Below the pieces are notes generated by a model. It was not told where the DNA came from. It did not search any database and saw only the letters and a list, made by a program, of their open reading frames with translations. Below, one piece after another: positions 60,481-64,000 of a stretch of 64,000 nucleotides of DNA. Origin of the DNA: Candidatus Latescibacterota bacterium (GTDB lineage Bacteria > Latescibacterota > UBA2968). Position 1 is the first letter of the stretch. Each line of letters starts with the position of its first letter. The translations under genes were made by a program, and so were the position numbers. The stretch spans positions 4,256,001 through 4,320,000 of the forward strand of contig OZ241986.1 of NCBI GenBank assembly GCA_965204375.1, read 5' to 3'.

Positions 60481-61827
60481 ATGTCTGACCATTACGACGT
60501 CATAGTAGCGGGCGCGGGCATAGGTGGATTGTGTGCGGCGCTGCGCGCTCGGGAAAAAGGCGCATCCGTAGCCATCATTGAAAAAGCCGAAACAATCGGC
60601 GGATCTGCCGCTGCATCGGGCGGCACCATCTGGTGTGCAAAAAACATCGACGAATGGCTCAAAGTGCAGCCCAATGGCGACACAGCACTCGGCACCGCGC
60701 TCATCGACCGCTTCTACACAGGCATCGAATGGCTCCGCAAACAGGGCGTATCCCTACAAGCGCGCGAAGACAAACCGTACAAATTTCAACGCACCATCTA
60801 CCAATTCACACCCGATGCACGCACCGCACTGGAAATCCTCGGCTACCAGTTCCAACACAGGGGCGGCACCCTCCTCACACACACTGACCTGACCGGCCTC
60901 ATCGGCGGCAACGGCAAACCCATCACTGGCGTCAAAACCACACGATCAGAATTAACAGCCCAATCCGTCATCCTATCAACCGGCGGATATCAGGCCAGCC
61001 CCGAATTGCGCGCGCAGTATTTCGGCGCAGAATCCGATCACATGATCGTCCGCGGCGTACCCCAAAACACCGGCGGAGGCTTTCAAAGCGCACTCGCAGC
61101 AGGCGCGCAACCCACAGGACCCCTCAACCGCTTCTACGGCCACCTCCTACCCGCACCGCCCGCACAAGTCGGCCTGCACAACTTCCTCAAAGTCAAACCC
61201 GACTTCAGCGAATACGCCATCTTAATCAACCTCAAAGGCGAGCGATACGACGACGAATATCTCGGCGACGAAGTCACCTGCCACACCCTCGTCCAGCAAC
61301 CCCGGGCCACAGCCATACTCATCTTTGACCAGCACATCCGCGACAACCAGAACGCACTCTCGCAATGGCCCACCCCGGACAACGACCGCGTCAAAAACAT
61401 CCGCGAAGCAGGCGGCGAAGTCCTCGAAACAGCCTCCCTTGAAGAACTCACCCGCGCACTGAACGATCGCTGGCACATCCCCGCGCATGCCTTCGAAAAA
61501 ACAATGACCGAATACGCCACCGCATGCGCCACCGGCAACGGCCAAACCCTCTCAGTACCAAAAACCGGCGGCCTCATCCCACTCAACACACCGCCTTATT
61601 ACGCCATCCGCACCCTACCCGGCATCACCTTTACCTACGGCGGCGCCAAAGTCAATGCCCAGGCACAAGTCATAGACAACACCGACCAGCCCATCCCGGG
61701 CCTCTACGCAGCCGGCGCCGACTGTGGGGGCATCTACACCCAGGGCTACACAGGCGGATTGTGCATGGGCCTCGCGTATGGCCTCATTGCGGGCGAAAAC
61801 GCGGCTGAATACACCGCACCGGGATAG
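60481..61827 (+). CDS. FAD-dependent oxidoreductase (FAD_binding_2, SdhA/TcuA-like)
   Basis: GAG.GG, GGS...SGG, L.TGG, GITFTYGG, IPGLYAAG. Confidence 0.9.
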   Translation: MSDHYDVIVAGAGIGGLCAALRAREKGASVAIIEKAETIGGSAAASGGTIWCAKNIDEWLKVQPNGDTALGTALIDRFYTGIEWLRKQGVSLQAREDKPYKFQRTIYQFTPDARTALEILGYQFQHRGGTLLTHTDLTGLIGGNGKPITGVKTTRSELTAQSVILSTGGYQASPELRAQYFGAESDHMIVRGVPQNTGGGFQSALAAGAQPTGPLNRFYGHLLPAPPAQVGLHNFLKVKPDFSEYAILINLKGERYDDEYLGDEVTCHTLVQQPRATAILIFDQHIRDNQNALSQWPTPDNDRVKNIREAGGEVLETASLEELTRALNDRWHIPAHAFEKTMTEYATACATGNGQTLSVPKTGGLIPLNTPPYYAIRTLPGITFTYGGAKVNAQAQVIDNTDQPIPGLYAAGADCGGIYTQGYTGGLCMGLAYGLIAGENAAEYTAPG

Positions 61828-61854
61828 TCCACCATACACCAAATGGAGAAATGC

Positions 61855-63399
61855 ATGCAACCCAACATCCTCTTTGCTTTTGCCGACGACTGGGGGCGTT
61901 ACGCCAGTGCTTATCGGCGCATAGAAGGGCCCCAATCGCTCAACCAACTCATCGACACCCCCAACTTTGACCGCATCGCCCGCGAAGGCGCGTTATTCAC
62001 CAACGCCTTTGTACCTGCGCCGAGTTGCACCCCTTGCCGAAGTTCTATCCTATCTGGGCAATACTTCTGGCAAACCGGCCTCGGCGCGATCTTATCAGGC
62101 GCGATATGGGACGAAAGCATCCCCACCTACCCCCTCGAACTCGAAAAAGCCGGATACCACATCGGCTACACCTACAAAGTCTGGTCCCCCGGCAAAGCCG
62201 CCAACGCCCCTTATGGCGCCGAGCGAACCCGCTATGAAACCGCCGGCACCAACTATCGAGGATTCTCGCACTGGGTAACCAGACACGCCGACGAATTAGG
62301 CGTTGAAGGTGCCAAACGAGTACTCCTGGACGAAACCCGCGACAACTTCAACGCATTCCTCGACGCCCGTCCAGAGAACACCCCCTTCTGCTACTGGTGG
62401 GGGCCCACCAACACCCACCGCTCCTGGGAACGCGGCTCGGGCAAAGCCTTGTGGGGTTTAGAACCCGACGACCTCAAAGGCCGCTTACCCGGCTTCCTGC
62501 CCGATGTACACGACATCCGCGAAGACGTAGCCGACTACCTGGGCGAATGTCAGGCCGTTGACGCGGGCCTCGGCGTATTAATCCAGCGCCTCGAAGAAAT
62601 CGGCGAACTCGACAACACCCTCATCGTCGTCAGCGGCGACCACGGCATACCGGGCTTTCCCCGCGGCAAATGCAACCTCTACGACATCGGCTGCGAAGTC
62701 ACCCTCGCCGCGCGCTGGCCCAACAACATCCCCGCGGGACGCACCGTTGAAGACTTTGTCAACCTCATGGACCTCGCCCCCACATTCCTCGAAGCCGCAG
62801 GCGCAGACATCCCCGATACCATGACCGGCAAAAGCCTGCTCCCCGTACTCAAAAGCGACCAGAGCGGCCTAGTTGATCCCGACCGCACCTTTGTCATCAC
62901 CGGCAGAGAACGGCACGTTGGCACCGCAAGAGAAGGCCAACTGCCCTATCCGCAACGCGCCATCCGCACCGGCGACTTTCTCTACATCCACAACTTTGCA
63001 CCCGACCGCTGGCCCATGGGCGATCCTCAAGGACTCGACGACCTCCATGCAGAAGCCCCCTCTGCTGAAGAACTGACAAAAAACACCCGCGTCGCTTATC
63101 CCGACATGGATGCCAGCCCCACAAAAACCTATATGATCCACCACCGCGCAGAACAAGACGTACAGGAACTATTCGAAATCGGCTTTGGCAAACGTCCCCA
63201 GGAGGAACTCTACGACCTGCGCGTGGACCCGCACTACATGAACAACATCGCCGACGACCCCGAATACGAACCCATCCGCAAAGAACTCTCTACCGCACTC
63301 ATGCAGACCCTCCGCGAACAAAGCGACCCGCGCCTCGTCGAATCGCCCTGCCGATTCGAACATGCGCCTTATGCTGGACCTGTTGACGAAAACTGGTAA
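61855..63399 (+). CDS. Sulfatase (formylglycine-dependent)
   Basis: PNILF..ADD, CTPCR, GDHG, K.NLY, ELYDL..DP. Confidence 0.93.
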   Translation: MQPNILFAFADDWGRYASAYRRIEGPQSLNQLIDTPNFDRIAREGALFTNAFVPAPSCTPCRSSILSGQYFWQTGLGAILSGAIWDESIPTYPLELEKAGYHIGYTYKVWSPGKAANAPYGAERTRYETAGTNYRGFSHWVTRHADELGVEGAKRVLLDETRDNFNAFLDARPENTPFCYWWGPTNTHRSWERGSGKALWGLEPDDLKGRLPGFLPDVHDIREDVADYLGECQAVDAGLGVLIQRLEEIGELDNTLIVVSGDHGIPGFPRGKCNLYDIGCEVTLAARWPNNIPAGRTVEDFVNLMDLAPTFLEAAGADIPDTMTGKSLLPVLKSDQSGLVDPDRTFVITGRERHVGTAREGQLPYPQRAIRTGDFLYIHNFAPDRWPMGDPQGLDDLHAEAPSAEELTKNTRVAYPDMDASPTKTYMIHHRAEQDVQELFEIGFGKRPQEELYDLRVDPHYMNNIADDPEYEPIRKELSTALMQTLREQSDPRLVESPCRFEHAPYAGPVDENW

Positions 63400-63432
63400 A
63401 AAAAACGGCTCCTCAATAAAGGAGCCGTTTTT
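63400..63432. terminator. Bidirectional terminator
   Basis: A-tract-CGGCTCCT..AGGAGCCG-T-tract. Confidence 0.8.
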
Positions 63433-63444
63433 TAATATACCTCA

Positions 63445-63573
63445 TCACGATGTAATCTCTTTCATGAGATCATCGGGCGTTGTTGGCAGAGCCTTTCCTT
63501 CTCGAAACTCTCGATTCGCCTCTTTAATATCCCGGGCGAGTTCATCCCGTGAATTTTCCTGAGTTTTAGTTTC
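63445..63573 (-). pseudogene. Start-less C-terminal fragment of a probable antitoxin
   Basis: SRDELARDIKEANREFREGKALPTTPDDLMKEITS. Confidence 0.45.
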
Positions 63574-64000
63574 ACTCTTCTGGATCAATTGGTCTTCCTT
63601 GTGCCAAATATGATTTTAAATGGTTCATGATGAGCCGTTTAACTCGTTTTGCAAGTTGAAAGGTCGTTGCTGCGTGTTGGTGATTAAGATCGAAATCTCC
63701 AGGATATCGAAATTCGACACCATAAGGCGTTAGTGCATCTGCGGGTTCTAATTTTACCGACAAAGACCGATCTATTTTGAGTACCAGATTTCTCAATTTT
63801 GAGATATCGTGTGTTTTGGGAAATTCTACTTGATGACGCACCAATAAGGCTTTGATGAATTTCTCTGCTGACTGTTGTGCGTGAAATGCTATAGTCTCAA
63901 AACTTTTTAGATCACTCTTCAGAAGTATTTCCGTTGCTCTCAGATCATTTTCCGCCTTATCCAGCCACTGCTGCACAAAATCCCATCGAACTTGCTCAGG
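63572..64000 (-). CDS. HEPN-domain protein (5' end probably outside the window)
   Basis: W..KA..DL..., FHAQQ.AEK..KA.L, P.THD...L, RYP; frame open to the window edge. Confidence 0.88.
   Translation of the reverse strand, partial: PEQVRWDFVQQWLDKAENDLRATEILLKSDLKSFETIAFHAQQSAEKFIKALLVRHQVEFPKTHDISKLRNLVLKIDRSLSVKLEPADALTPYGVEFRYPGDFDLNHQHAATTFQLAKRVKRLIMNHLKSYLAQGRPIDPEE

Overview
Bacterial chromosomal segment with a strong C>G skew on the + strand. The repeat families and the dockerin/LRR and multi-Cache proteins suggest a host-associated, possibly sponge-symbiont, Latescibacterota/Gemmatimonadota-like genome; this is inference only. 1-44 kb is mostly backbone: a multi-Cache lipoprotein, xerD, uvrC, an interrupted his operon (hisG-hisD-hisC-hisB-HAD), a long cell-surface glycosylation cluster, serS, tRNA-Met, nfeD-floA-yqfB-like and tRNA-Leu. 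It is punctuated by composite REP-like repeats and small inserts (VapBC-like pair, PtuAB/Septu-like pair without an RT, ATPase-DUF234, a Panacea+HigBA islet at tRNA-Met). The most interesting part is an integrase-less ~16 kb variable region (44.1-60.4 kb) after tRNA-Leu. There a WYL regulator is accompanied by three copies of one promoter (YGACA-N5-TGTCA, TGTCAY-N10-TATCTT, then a terminator-like hairpin). These sit upstream of a three-module AAA+ ATPase and two paralogous DUF2779-type Cas4-like/DEDD nucleases. The nucleases lie in decayed tandem units carrying different cargo genes. The region also holds a candidate promoter-driven switch-like RNA (48.2-48.5 kb). All calls come from motif reading by eye; no searches were run.
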